The notes below the pieces were generated by a model that was not told the origin of the DNA, ran no database searches, and saw only the letters and a program-made list of their open reading frames with translations. The position numbers and the translations under genes are program-made. Positions 1 to 9,768 of a DNA stretch of 64,000 bases are shown one piece after another (within the stretch, counting starts at the first letter, position 1; every line of letters begins with the position of its first letter). The DNA is from Verrucomicrobiia bacterium (lineage in GTDB: Bacteria; Verrucomicrobiota; Verrucomicrobiia; Limisphaerales; UBA11358). The stretch is taken from positions 9,932-73,931 of the forward strand of contig DASZAB010000134.1 of assembly GCA_035945675.1 (NCBI GenBank). Direction: 5' to 3'.

Positions 1-69
1 GACTGCGAACTGTTCGGGCGTTAATTTCTGCTTCAACTCGGCGGGTGACGGCTTTTTAAAAGATTGCAT
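1..69 (-). CDS. msrB: Peptide methionine (R)-S-oxide reductase MsrB, N-terminal 23 codons only (gene runs off the window start)
   Basis: The reverse complement of 1-69 reads MQSFKKPSPAELKQKLTPEQFAV. The L-TPEQ-[FY]-V segment is the conserved N-terminus of MsrB/SelR proteins. The start ATG is the complement of 67-69. Confidence 0.5.
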   Translation of the reverse strand, partial: MQSFKKPSPAELKQKLTPEQFAV

Positions 70-338
70 GGTGGTGGATGATGGATGGTGGGTGGCAGTT
101 GCCGGGGGGTTGGCCGGCGGTGAGGCCGAAGGCTGTGAGCGCAAAGCATGAACGGGATACAGCGCCAGCCCGCACGCCAGCAACCCGGCGGGAAACGTTT
201 TAATCTGCACTCGCATTTTGTGAAAATAGCATATTGGCTGGTCTCAAGCGAACGGCGATAAAATGAAGTTCGATTTGCCCGTTTATGCCGGGACTGTTAT
301 GGTTGCTTATGGTCGTCCTCCGGAAAATCGGCGCGTTG

Positions 339-1649
339 ATGGCGCAATGTGCCACCGTTCTGTTCCTTGCCGGCTGCTCAGGCAAGGGTCACCCCACCAC
401 CGGCATCCTCATCACCAACCTGCCAGCTTATGGTTCCAGCGATGATCTCGGCGGAATGGTGTTGGGGGCGGACCCGACGGCGTGCCGGGTCGCCGTGTTC
501 ATTAATGTTCCGCCGTATGGCTGGTTTTCCAAACCCACCTGTGCGCTCGCCCTCACCGCGATTCATCCCGACGGGAGCTGGTCCGCGGACATCACCACCG
601 GCGGAGCGGATACCAACGCCACCCGGATTGCGGCCCTCCTGGTCAGCACCAATTACGATCACCCTTGCGTGCTGGGGGAACCGTTTCTGCCCACCAACAT
701 TTTTTCCGGGGCGATGGCCAGCGCCGTGGTCACGCGCGAATATCCGGGCGTTCGCTGGATTGGCTTTTCGGGTTACGACTGGTGGGTGAAGGCCAGTTCG
801 GGCACCAACCAGCTCGGCCCCGGGCCAAATTATTTTTCCGACAGCACCAATAACGTCTGGACGGACGCGCAGGGCTGGCTGCACCTGCGCATCACCCACC
901 GGTCCAATCAATGGCAATGCGCTGAAATCGTCTCCGCGCGCACATTCGGTTACGGCAGCTACCGGTTTGAACTGGGTTCACGCGTGGATGACCTGGACAC
1001 CAATGTCGTGCTCGGCATGTTTACCTGGAGTGACGACCCGGCGTATGCGGACCGGGAAATGGATGTCGAATGTTCGCGCGGTTTCGCGGCGGATACGAAC
1101 AACACGCAATTTACGGTCCAGCCGTATTCTCTCAGCGGCCATGACTCACGCTACCGGGTGCCGGCCGGACTGGCGGATTCGACCCATCTGTTCATCTGGC
1201 AAAGCAACTCGGTCAGTTTTCAATGTCAGAGCGGCAGCTACTCGCCCAATCCAAACCCGACCAACGTGCTCGGCGCCTGGACATTTGCCAACGCCGCCGC
1301 CGTGCCCCAAACCGGCGATGAAAACGCGCGAATAAATCTCTGGCTGCTTTTCGGTCGCCCGCCATCGGACGGCCGGGAAGTGGAATTGGTCATCAAAAAT
1401 TTCCAGTTTGTGCCGCTGGGTTCGCCGCCGCCGGCATCGCTTGCCGGCCTCAGCGCGCCTTCGAACGGGCCCGTCCAGTTCGCCATCGGCGCCGAACCGG
1501 ATTGGCGGTATCTGGTGCAGGCGTCAGCGAATTTACTCGATTGGCAGAACCTGACGACCGTTCTGGCGACCAACACGCTTGTGCCATTCCGGGACAACCG
1601 TCTGATGGGTGCAGGCCAGCGGTTCTATCGAACGGTGACGCTGCCTTGA
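339..1649 (+). CDS. Lipoprotein with a GH16-like (concanavalin-type glucanase) domain
   Basis: ORF 285-1649. I moved the start to ATG 339, which gives the signal MAQCATVLFLAGC with lipobox LAGC. EMDVE fits the GH16 ExDxE catalytic motif, within GYGSYRFEL...VLGMFTW. A C-terminal beta-sandwich-like tail follows. Confidence 0.6.
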   Translation: MAQCATVLFLAGCSGKGHPTTGILITNLPAYGSSDDLGGMVLGADPTACRVAVFINVPPYGWFSKPTCALALTAIHPDGSWSADITTGGADTNATRIAALLVSTNYDHPCVLGEPFLPTNIFSGAMASAVVTREYPGVRWIGFSGYDWWVKASSGTNQLGPGPNYFSDSTNNVWTDAQGWLHLRITHRSNQWQCAEIVSARTFGYGSYRFELGSRVDDLDTNVVLGMFTWSDDPAYADREMDVECSRGFAADTNNTQFTVQPYSLSGHDSRYRVPAGLADSTHLFIWQSNSVSFQCQSGSYSPNPNPTNVLGAWTFANAAAVPQTGDENARINLWLLFGRPPSDGREVELVIKNFQFVPLGSPPPASLAGLSAPSNGPVQFAIGAEPDWRYLVQASANLLDWQNLTTVLATNTLVPFRDNRLMGAGQRFYRTVTLP

Positions 1650-1723
1650 GGAAGCCGGAGCCGCCTCGGTTGATTTAATGGCCCCAAGAGAAAATGCCGA
1701 CGGTTCACCGAGTGGTTGTGAGT

Positions 1724-2878
1724 TCACAACGCGAGGTGCAGCGTTTCGGCCAGTTCCTCCGGCGTGAGCACGATGGGATTTGCCTTCATACTGCTGGCAT
1801 TCGCTGCTTTTGTGACAATCTCCGCGATGTGCTCGGTTCGAATGCCGTAAGTCCGCAGCGGCGGAATCTGCAAATCGGCCACCAGCTGGCGAACCCACTC
1901 CACGCCTTCATCCGCTGTGGCTGCCCCTTTACCAATCAGCAACTGCGCCACCTCATCGTAGCGTCGCAATGCCGCACTGTCCGGCGCGCGTTGCCGCAGC
2001 GTATGGATATTGGTGTTCATCACCTGTGGCAGCAGGGCCGCGCAAACCGCGCCATGCGGCGCGGGAAACATTCCGCCCATGGGCCCGGCAAACCCGTGAA
2101 CGGCGCCGAGGCCCGCGTTGGCCAATGCCAGCCCGCCGAACAGGCTCGCGACGGCCATGTCTTGACGGGCGGACTTGTTTTGACCGTCCCCGAACGCGAC
2201 CCGCAGGGAACGCGCGGCCCGGCGGATGCCCTCAACACATAATCCGTCCGTCATCGGATTCGCCCGCGAACCGACGTACGGTTCGATGAGCTGCGTCAGC
2301 GCGTCCAGACCGGTGCTGGCTGTGAGGGCCGGTGGTAAATCATGGGTGAGTTCAGGGTCAACCACCGCCAGCCGCGCCAGCATGAGCGGGCTGCGCAGGC
2401 TGACTTTGACCTGGTGTTCCGGCGAGGACAACACCGCGTTGCGCGTCACTTCCGAACCCGTGCCGGCGGTCGTCGGAATCGCGATGAAGGGCGCAGATCG
2501 CTTTTTCAAGGCCTGGCCGCGACCGACAATCTCCATATAATCCAGCAACTCACCCTCGTTCGCCAGCATCGCCGCGATGGCCTTGGCGGCATCCAGCGCG
2601 CTGCCGCCGCCAAACCCGATGACAAAATCGCAATTTTCATTTTTAGCAAAAGCCGTGCCTCGCTCAATCGTGGAGATTTCCGGCTCGCCAGAAACAGGAA
2701 AGGCCGCCGCCCTGACGCCAGCCCCGCGGAGCGGTGCCAGCAATTTTTGCGCCCGCGACAAATCGCGCCCCGTCACCACCAAGGCGCGTGAACCAAATTC
2801 CCTGGCCAGGGCGCGGATTTCGCTCAGCGTGCCTGCGCCAAAAATGATTCGTGTCGCCGTTGCAAATTCAAATTTCAT
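1724..2878 (-). CDS. Iron-containing (group III) alcohol dehydrogenase
   Basis: Start set at MKFEFATATRIIFGAG (complement of 2876-2878). GGGS motif VIGFGGGSALDAAK. His-rich metal site GAVHGFAGPMGG...PHGAVCAALLP. Confidence 0.85.
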   Translation of the reverse strand: MKFEFATATRIIFGAGTLSEIRALAREFGSRALVVTGRDLSRAQKLLAPLRGAGVRAAAFPVSGEPEISTIERGTAFAKNENCDFVIGFGGGSALDAAKAIAAMLANEGELLDYMEIVGRGQALKKRSAPFIAIPTTAGTGSEVTRNAVLSSPEHQVKVSLRSPLMLARLAVVDPELTHDLPPALTASTGLDALTQLIEPYVGSRANPMTDGLCVEGIRRAARSLRVAFGDGQNKSARQDMAVASLFGGLALANAGLGAVHGFAGPMGGMFPAPHGAVCAALLPQVMNTNIHTLRQRAPDSAALRRYDEVAQLLIGKGAATADEGVEWVRQLVADLQIPPLRTYGIRTEHIAEIVTKAANASSMKANPIVLTPEELAETLHLAL

Positions 2879-2936
2879 GGCAACATTTTGCGGCAGGAAC
2901 GCGCTGCCGCGCGTCCTGGCCAACCGGCGGCCAGCC

Positions 2937-3242
2937 CTACCATTCCTTATCCCCGGAAAACACGTTATCGAACTTCACGCTGCGGCGTGGCTCGGCCATC
3001 ATGGGCGCGACCGCGTCACGCCAGACTGGATAATGCGCCGTTTCCTTGTGCGCGGCGGCGGCGGCGGCATCGCGATACCCCTCTACCAATACGAATCGCG
3101 CGGGATCATCCTGTTGCTGAACCACGTCAAAACGCGCCACGCCAGGTTCCTGCACGCTGGCGCGCGCATTGGCCAGCGTTGCCTGTTTGAAAGCCTCCAC
3201 ACATTCCGCTTTGACGTGAACCTGAACGTGAACAATAAGCAT
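2937..3242 (-). CDS. Antibiotic-biosynthesis-monooxygenase (ABM / YgiN-like) domain protein
   Basis: 101 aa. [22 protein letters not shown]...[20 protein letters not shown] is the typical ferredoxin-fold ABM pattern. Confidence 0.7.
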   Translation of the reverse strand: MLIVHVQVHVKAECVEAFKQATLANARASVQEPGVARFDVVQQQDDPARFVLVEGYRDAAAAAAHKETAHYPVWRDAVAPMMAEPRRSVKFDNVFSGDKEW

Positions 3243-3306
3243 GACTGACGGATACGCGAAACCGGCGCAGACCTCAAGCGTTACGACTGGCCGACAACGG
3301 TGCAGT

Positions 3307-3386
3307 GGTGGGGCGAGGCTGCTGGCGGGTTGTCGCCGCTTCGCTTCGGCGTGCCAAGTCCGGCTCGCGGGGACGCTCGCCCCCCC
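3307..3386. repeat. GC-rich nested palindromic element (GGGGCGAG...CTCGCCCC family), intergenic copy
   Basis: GGTGGGGCGAGGCTGCTG...GGCTCGCGGGGACGCTCGCCCCCC. The reverse complement of the purL copy at 14528-14599 aligns to it at both ends. Confidence 0.7.
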
Positions 3387-3430
3387 GAATTTCCAAACTC
3401 AGTTTCACCCAACGATCGTGCCGAAACCGG

Positions 3431-5644
3431 TCATTCGGTTTCAAACACGACCACTGCCGTTTGAACCGGATCGGGACTGGAACGGATCACTTCCGGCGCC
3501 GGCATGGCTTCCACATTGAACCGGCGGGTTTTGGGATCAAAGGTGACGGTCCCGACCGACCCGCTTTGCGCAACGGCTTTCGGCTTTGTTTTGGCGTAGC
3601 CAAACAGACGGACGGGTTTTTCGCCGGCCGCGAATGTGGTGGTGACGGTCAGTTTTCCTTTTGCATCATCCAACGCGGCGATCCGCTGGCGGCCATTGGA
3701 CACGTATTTTCCCGCGTCACCAAAAAACGCCAGACCTGACCGGCCAACGGGTGTGACCATGTAATAAGCCGTGCTTCCCGGCTTGAATGAAAGTTCGACG
3801 CGTTTGCGGGCGGACTGGAATACCGCGTCGCCCGAGCGTGCGTCCAGAACACACACTTTTCCGCTCAACCCGAATTCTGTCGGGGTGAAATCCGCTTCGG
3901 CCTCTGACGGCTGGCGATTGTAAGCAAATACATAGGCCGTGCGCAGAGCGTTGTGATCGCTGTAGGTCCAAGCGACCATCGGGGCTTTGCGGCCATTGGC
4001 TTGGGCCACATAAACGGAATCCAAAGGCAACAACGATTCATCGGGCTTCACCAGGACGCCATCCGGTCGGGCCACGCGCAGGAGGTTATCCTTGTTTTCC
4101 TGCCCGATGGCATCGCCCGTGCCCACCATGCCGGCGGAGAGCACGCTGATCAGCAGGTTGTTGGTTTCACTGCTCATGAACACGTCCGCCCACGGCCAGA
4201 TGCCCGCCGCGCGTGCCAGTTGAGAATCATAGAGAAAATTGTCCCAGTGGCCGCGTTGAAAACGGTCGTCACTGGTGCGGATGGTGGTGAGATTGGCGTA
4301 ACGCGAGCCTTGCAGGAAGAACCGCGGCAACGCCATGCAATACTGGAGGCTGAGACCTCTTTCCCGTGCCGCCCGTGCCATGTTGTCCGTGAACGCGTCA
4401 CCGAGGCCCGGCGTGGTTTGAAGTTCCGGCGAATGATAATAAATTTCGTTCAGCCAATCCTGTTCGTAACAAAACACCCCACCGGCGGCGAGATAGCTCA
4501 TGATGTCGTTCCACCATTTTGGATCCACCGCGGCGACTCCGGAAATCCGGTAGTCCTTATGATAGGGACTGGTAGGATCGATCCAGCGGTTGTGCGTGAC
4601 CAGACCAAGGCCGATCTTCTGATGCAGGCCGGACAGCCCATCGGGGAGTATTGCCGGGTCCGCCGTGTATTGCATGAGTCCGCCGTAACGGTTCCATTCC
4701 CCTGCCGGCAGCCGGGGATTTTTCGTTTCCCCCGTTCCACCATCCGTGCTGGTAAACGTCTTCTCATACCACCAGCTATCGAGTTGAAGATAGCGGATGG
4801 GAATGCCCTCTTCCCGGTACTGCGCCACCAGTTTTTCCAGCGTCCCGGCATATCCCAACGCCGGATCGTAATTGTAGTAATAAAACGCCCCGTTGTCGGT
4901 CCAATAGCCCAGGTAGCGCAATCCCGTGTCTGCGTCGTTCGCCGGCGGCACCTTGCCTTGAAGCGCCATCAGTGCGCCACCCCAGGTTTGCCAGACGGCG
5001 TGAATGCCCGGCGCAAAGGCCATCAACGTACTGTGGGAAAAATGCGCCGGCAAATCATGCACGCCGGGGTTCAGCGTGCTGGCAATCTCGTGCACACCGT
5101 CGCCAGCCATCGTCGCCAGCATAAAATCGTCCGCCGGCGAAATCAGCGCGGCATTCGCATGGTCGTCGAACAAGAGCCACGGTGTGCCGTTGGTTTCGAG
5201 TTTGAAACGCGGCGGCGCAAAATTTTGATCAGCGAAACTAAAATGATGAAGCTTGGCGGGAAACGAGGTGAACTTCGGGAAAACGGCCGGCCATTTGTCG
5301 GCGGCCTGATCGCACGTCAGCGTGAAGCGCACGACGGGCCGCTGGTTGTAAACACGGATGGAACCCGTCACCAGCCCGCCCGCCCGCCACGAAAAGTGAA
5401 TTTCCTGATACGCCCCGATGCGGTCGGTGCCGCGGCTAACGTCTGCCTTTGCGACCCTCGCGCCAAGCTCACCGGCAAATCTCCAACCCGGACGGCGTGA
5501 CGCGATTTCATAATGACCGGAGGATTCGTCCAATCTCACGGCAATGCCGGCGGCGGACCGGACGTCAAAAGATTTGGCCACCCAAGGCGGCGGCAGGAGC
5601 AGGCCAAGGCTGACCATAAACGCAAAATGCAATTTGAATTTCAT
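3431..5644 (-). CDS. Secreted protein, possibly a TIM-barrel glycoside-hydrolase-like enzyme (family not recognised)
   Basis: Start set at MKFKLHFAFMVSLGLLL (signal peptide). High GC3 throughout. Segments YLGYWTDNGAFYYYNY, YLQLDSWWY and CYEQDWL resemble carbohydrate-active TIM-barrel enzymes, but I cannot name the family. Confidence 0.55.
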   Translation of the reverse strand: MKFKLHFAFMVSLGLLLPPPWVAKSFDVRSAAGIAVRLDESSGHYEIASRRPGWRFAGELGARVAKADVSRGTDRIGAYQEIHFSWRAGGLVTGSIRVYNQRPVVRFTLTCDQAADKWPAVFPKFTSFPAKLHHFSFADQNFAPPRFKLETNGTPWLLFDDHANAALISPADDFMLATMAGDGVHEIASTLNPGVHDLPAHFSHSTLMAFAPGIHAVWQTWGGALMALQGKVPPANDADTGLRYLGYWTDNGAFYYYNYDPALGYAGTLEKLVAQYREEGIPIRYLQLDSWWYEKTFTSTDGGTGETKNPRLPAGEWNRYGGLMQYTADPAILPDGLSGLHQKIGLGLVTHNRWIDPTSPYHKDYRISGVAAVDPKWWNDIMSYLAAGGVFCYEQDWLNEIYYHSPELQTTPGLGDAFTDNMARAARERGLSLQYCMALPRFFLQGSRYANLTTIRTSDDRFQRGHWDNFLYDSQLARAAGIWPWADVFMSSETNNLLISVLSAGMVGTGDAIGQENKDNLLRVARPDGVLVKPDESLLPLDSVYVAQANGRKAPMVAWTYSDHNALRTAYVFAYNRQPSEAEADFTPTEFGLSGKVCVLDARSGDAVFQSARKRVELSFKPGSTAYYMVTPVGRSGLAFFGDAGKYVSNGRQRIAALDDAKGKLTVTTTFAAGEKPVRLFGYAKTKPKAVAQSGSVGTVTFDPKTRRFNVEAMPAPEVIRSSPDPVQTAVVVFETE

Positions 5645-5908
5645 AAAAAGCGGTTGATGCAAAATTGTGTCCGAAGTTTGCCAACTCTTCAACCTCTGGT
5701 GGCAGGTTTCTCAACCCGGAGGCGGGACGGGACAGCTGCCGCGGCACAACGCACGAGGGAAAATCATTTTTTCGCGTCGAACAAACAGCCACGGCCGACC
5801 TGAAAGCCTTCACGTTTTCCGCTTTGACCCGAATGCGAGCGTGCATCGCAAGCCAAATCCGCAGCAGCCAAATCCGCCTTCCGTTTTGGGCCGGCCTCGA
5901 AATTTTAT

Positions 5909-6421
5909 TCAGGTCGCCGGACTGGTGTTCTTCTGCGATTCGCGGCGCAACCGGATCAAGGCCACTTCCTCCCGGATATTCAACAGCGAAAGCTGCGTGG
6001 CATGAAACAAATGCACGCAGCCGCCAATCAACCCGCCGACGCCCACAAAGCCGAGCAGCAGACCGGCGCCGATGATGACCCGGATCAGCATCTCATGGCC
6101 CAACTCCCCGAACAAGGCGCCAAGCAGCGTCACCAGGCTTGCCCCGGCGAATGCGCCCAGCGCCACATAAATCCAGCGCAACGAGCTCAGTAACAACATG
6201 GCTTGTTGTTCAACGCGGTCGGCTTTTTCAACGAATTTCGGTTCCTGCGCCGTGGCCGGGTCGGCGGATTCCTTGAGCAACTCGTGCATCCGGTCGCGGG
6301 TGCGCAACATGCGGTTGATGGTGCTCATCGCCAGCACGCTGGTCGCATTCGTCAAAATCGCCGGCGCGGCAATAAAGGTAAGGACCGCAAATGGATTGTT
6401 CGTCAGCAAATTGCCGCCCAT
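5909..6421 (-). CDS. DUF2721-like small membrane protein
   Basis: 170 aa. The N-terminal FIAAPAILTNATSVLAMSTINRMLRTRDR pattern plus two C-terminal TM helices resembles DUF2721. Confidence 0.55.
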   Translation of the reverse strand: MGGNLLTNNPFAVLTFIAAPAILTNATSVLAMSTINRMLRTRDRMHELLKESADPATAQEPKFVEKADRVEQQAMLLLSSLRWIYVALGAFAGASLVTLLGALFGELGHEMLIRVIIGAGLLLGFVGVGGLIGGCVHLFHATQLSLLNIREEVALIRLRRESQKNTSPAT

Positions 6422-6486
6422 AATTTCTCGATGATAAGAGCCAACGATCCGTTTAATACCGTTATTCCCCCCGCCGGGTCAAATCC

Positions 6487-7746
6487 TCAGATGCCGGCGG
6501 TGCGTTGGGTCAGGCGAAACTTTCCCGAAGCCGCCGGCACCAAAACCGGCATGGCTTCGGTTTTGATCTGTGCCCGGCATCCCAGCAACTCTCCCAGCCT
6601 TGAGGTGAGGCGCCCCAATTCCCTTTCCCCCGGCCCGGCGCCATCCGGCACGAATCGTAAAGTGCAATCTCGGTTCTGATCCTGTCGCAATTCATAATGC
6701 GCCATGCCGGCCGTTCCGGCGAAACATTGGTCTACCTGCCAGGTGGTAACGCGGCGCCCGTCACCCGCCGTCAGCGCGTCGCGCGACCGGCCATGAACCA
6801 CAAAGTTACTGGCGTAGGGACGTTCGATCCGTTCCGCAAGATCACCGATGCGATAGCGAAGCAGCGGCATGTAATCATTGGTCAGGGTCGTGACCACCAA
6901 ATCGCCGATGCCGTGTTCGTCCGCGTCCACGACCTCGAGAAACGCCGTGTCATAGCTGGGTTTCATTTCGCCCCGCTCATTTTCCATGAGCAGATGGCCG
7001 GTCTCCGTCGAACCATAAAGGTTGAAGACCGGCACGCCAAAGACGCGTTGCAGAATCCGGCGATGCACCACGCTGACAAATTCATAGCTGCACAACACAA
7101 ACCGTACCGACGGGAATTGGAGGCCGTGCTGCTCGCAATAGAGCGCGAAGCGGGTGCCGTGAACCGGGTCCAGGTCGAGAAATTGCGGCGCCCATTCGCT
7201 GATTTCCGAGGCCATGCGCGCCAGGTCCGCGTCGCCCAGCAGAAACGGAATGCGCGCCAGATTCAAGAACAAGGTGTTGCCCAATATCCGTTGTTCGCGC
7301 GAGATCCAGACCGTCGGGCACGTCAGGCCGTTGCAGGCGGGCGGCACCAGCGTGGCGCGCCGGGCGTCGGGATCTTCGTCCAGCACCCGGGCGACAAAGC
7401 CATTCAACCGCAGCGCGCATTCTTCCTGCGCATTCCACCAGCCGCGGCCGAAAATTACCGGCAACCGTTCCTCGGAAGTGCCGGAGGTGTGTTCCAGCTC
7501 CACCAGGTTTTTTTCCAGCAATGTTTCGAGCAACTGCCCATCGGAAAGAAAATTTTGTGGAAAGCCATTCCGCATGTCGCGCTTCGCCAGCAGCGGCAGG
7601 CCCTGGAAACACTCGAAATCAGGGCGTTGACACCCCGCTCGCGCCAGCGAATTGCGATAGAGCGGCACGTCCCGCCAGCGTGGGAGAAGCTCCTCCAGCT
7701 GCGGGATTTGCGCGGCTTCACGAATCAATTCGGGCGTTGCGAGCAT
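6487..7746 (-). CDS. Adenylate-forming enzyme of the phenylacetate-CoA ligase / coenzyme F390 synthetase (PaaK/CapK) family
   Basis: Start set at MLATPELIREAAQ (complement of 7744-7746). NLYGSTETGHLL is an AMP-binding core-like motif. The length and C-terminal KFRL end are typical of the PaaK-like family. Confidence 0.7.
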   Translation of the reverse strand: MLATPELIREAAQIPQLEELLPRWRDVPLYRNSLARAGCQRPDFECFQGLPLLAKRDMRNGFPQNFLSDGQLLETLLEKNLVELEHTSGTSEERLPVIFGRGWWNAQEECALRLNGFVARVLDEDPDARRATLVPPACNGLTCPTVWISREQRILGNTLFLNLARIPFLLGDADLARMASEISEWAPQFLDLDPVHGTRFALYCEQHGLQFPSVRFVLCSYEFVSVVHRRILQRVFGVPVFNLYGSTETGHLLMENERGEMKPSYDTAFLEVVDADEHGIGDLVVTTLTNDYMPLLRYRIGDLAERIERPYASNFVVHGRSRDALTAGDGRRVTTWQVDQCFAGTAGMAHYELRQDQNRDCTLRFVPDGAGPGERELGRLTSRLGELLGCRAQIKTEAMPVLVPAASGKFRLTQRTAGI

Positions 7747-7876
7747 GGGCGAAATATACACGCTTTTTGCGGAATGCAAATTCAGCAAATTGAGGTCCCG
7801 GCTGCTTGTGCGGTTCTGGCAGGACCAGCGTCGGCGCGCATTGGCTCGTCCGCAGCCCCGCCCCACCCAACCCGGG

Positions 7877-9151
7877 CTACCGTCGGAGGGCGGCCGGGGA
7901 ATTTTGGGGCGCGACCGTCGTCGCCCGGGCCTGACAAATGCCGCGGTAAAATTCGCCGACGCGCGTCATTTTGCGCGGAAGTCGTTCATCCGTGAAATCC
8001 ACCGCCAGCAACCCGAACTTTTTCGAGTAGCCGAATTGCCACTCGAAATTATCCAGCAGCGACCAGTAGAAAAACCCGCGCAGGTCCACGCCCCCCTTCA
8101 CCGCGCCGTGCATTTCACGCAAATGTTCCGTCAGGTCGAGAATGCGGAAATTTTCGTCGGACGAGGCCGAACCATGTTCGGTGATGTAAAGTGGCAGGCC
8201 GTACCGCCGGTGAAAATTCCGCAGGACGGTTCCCAGACCGCCGGGATGCCGCTCAAACATGTCATCGCAGACCACGCCCAGCTGCGCGAGTTGCTCGGGA
8301 CGGGCCCCGCCGGCGGGAACCATGGGTTCAAAATTTTTGAACCGCGCCAGTCCGTAATAGTTCACGCCCAGAAACGTGGACGCCGCCCGGCGCCGCCCGC
8401 CCAGAAACGCGTCGAGCACGTAACCATTGAAGGCGTGGTGGGAAATGGCCGCGAGCAAATGGTCCCACAGCGCGTGCCTTGCGAACGGCCGGAAAAAGGT
8501 CCAGTTTTTCGCGATACCGATCTCCGGCGTCCGGCCGCCGTTGCCGGCCTGCCGGATGACTTCACTGGCACGAACGTGCGCCCCCGCCATGTGCTGGATG
8601 CTTTTTCGATAGGACCGCAGCCGCCATTTGTGGAACGGCGGAAAGCCACCCAGCAGATAGGTCAACGACGCATACGTGTCCGGCTCGTTGAACGTGTTCC
8701 AGAGCCAGACCCGCTCCTTCAAGGCCGACACCAGCTTCGCCACATAATCCACGAACGCCGGGACCGTGGCCGGATTCAACCAGCCGCCCGCCGACGTGAT
8801 CCACGGCGGATTGGAGAAGTGATGCAGCACCACCATGGGTGTGATGCCCGCGGCCTTGAGCCGGTCGAGCAGGTCCGCGTACCGCTCCAGCTCCGGCCCA
8901 TTGAGCGGGGCAAAGGGCGCGGCCTGCAGGCGCGACCATTCGATGCCCATGCGGTAGGCATTCACGCCCAGTTGCGCCATCCAGTCGACGTCCTCGGCAT
9001 AGCGGTGATAATGATTGCAGGCCACGCGGCAATGTCCGCCATCCGACGCGACATAATCCGTCCATTCGTTGGCGACGTGGCCTTCCACCTGGGTCGGCGA
9101 CGTGGCCGTGCCCCAGAGGAAATTGTCCGGAAATTTCAAAACGCCTGCCAT
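7877..9151 (-). CDS. GH1 beta-glucosidase
   Basis: Start at MAGVLKFPDNFLWGTATSPTQVEG. Acid/base motif TFNEP. Nucleophile motif YITEHG. Confidence 0.85.
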   Translation of the reverse strand: MAGVLKFPDNFLWGTATSPTQVEGHVANEWTDYVASDGGHCRVACNHYHRYAEDVDWMAQLGVNAYRMGIEWSRLQAAPFAPLNGPELERYADLLDRLKAAGITPMVVLHHFSNPPWITSAGGWLNPATVPAFVDYVAKLVSALKERVWLWNTFNEPDTYASLTYLLGGFPPFHKWRLRSYRKSIQHMAGAHVRASEVIRQAGNGGRTPEIGIAKNWTFFRPFARHALWDHLLAAISHHAFNGYVLDAFLGGRRRAASTFLGVNYYGLARFKNFEPMVPAGGARPEQLAQLGVVCDDMFERHPGGLGTVLRNFHRRYGLPLYITEHGSASSDENFRILDLTEHLREMHGAVKGGVDLRGFFYWSLLDNFEWQFGYSKKFGLLAVDFTDERLPRKMTRVGEFYRGICQARATTVAPQNSPAALRR

Positions 9152-9339
9152 GGTTATGAACAATATGAGGCAAAATGAACCGGATGGCCAGTCTGGAGTC
9201 GCCCTGCGAGTCAACCCAGGGATTCCGGTGAATCCGTCAGCCGCAAATGAATCATGGACATTCCGCCCGTCGTGAACGATAGTAAGCCTGTTCCCGCCCA
9301 GCGCGCCGGATCAAGGTTTGTTTTCGACCCCAAAATTTT

Positions 9340-9768
9340 ATGGCCAAGAAACCAGCAATCATCAGCACGCCGTTGCCTGAAGTCACTCAGGTCGCGGAAT
9401 CGGTGGAGCAACATTTTGACCGCCTCCTGTCGCACGACCAATTCAAAATCCTGAAAGCCGTCCTGGACCAGTTGCAAATGGACGCCACGGCGATGCACGG
9501 CGCGATTGTCACGACCAACTCTTATCGGAATTTTTTGAGCAAGCTGGGGTATCGCCTCATCCTCGTGCCGCAAATCCATGAGCAGGACTGCTACTCCCGG
9601 ATGGGCCCGGCCGGCGGCATCCGCGCCGTGCTGCCGGTTCACGACATTGCCACCTACAGCACGCTGGTCACCCTCGTGAATTACGATACGACGGTGACCA
9701 CCACCCCGAAATCCATGGACTACTACGATGACCGGCTGGCGGAATTCAAGACCCAGCTGATGAAATAG
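9340..9768 (+). CDS. Hypothetical protein (142 aa), no recognisable domain
   Basis: High GC3 and a balanced amino-acid composition. The overlapping minus-strand ORF 9211-9846 is R/H/G-rich shadow-like sequence. The 3' end overlaps the convergent flavoprotein gene by 23 bp. Confidence 0.5.
   Translation: MAKKPAIISTPLPEVTQVAESVEQHFDRLLSHDQFKILKAVLDQLQMDATAMHGAIVTTNSYRNFLSKLGYRLILVPQIHEQDCYSRMGPAGGIRAVLPVHDIATYSTLVTLVNYDTTVTTTPKSMDYYDDRLAEFKTQLMK

Noticed and set aside
285-338. N-terminal extensions in the ORF track for several genes (285-338; 2879-2923; 5645-5692; 7747-7866; 9152-9214; 11156-11251; 12248-12316; 26824-26940; 34132-34419; 56715-56792; 58584-58754; 59890-60075).
   Set aside because: The extensions lack homology-like sequence, overlap upstream genes or repeat elements, and internal starts give canonical N-termini, signal peptides or coupled stop-start overlaps.
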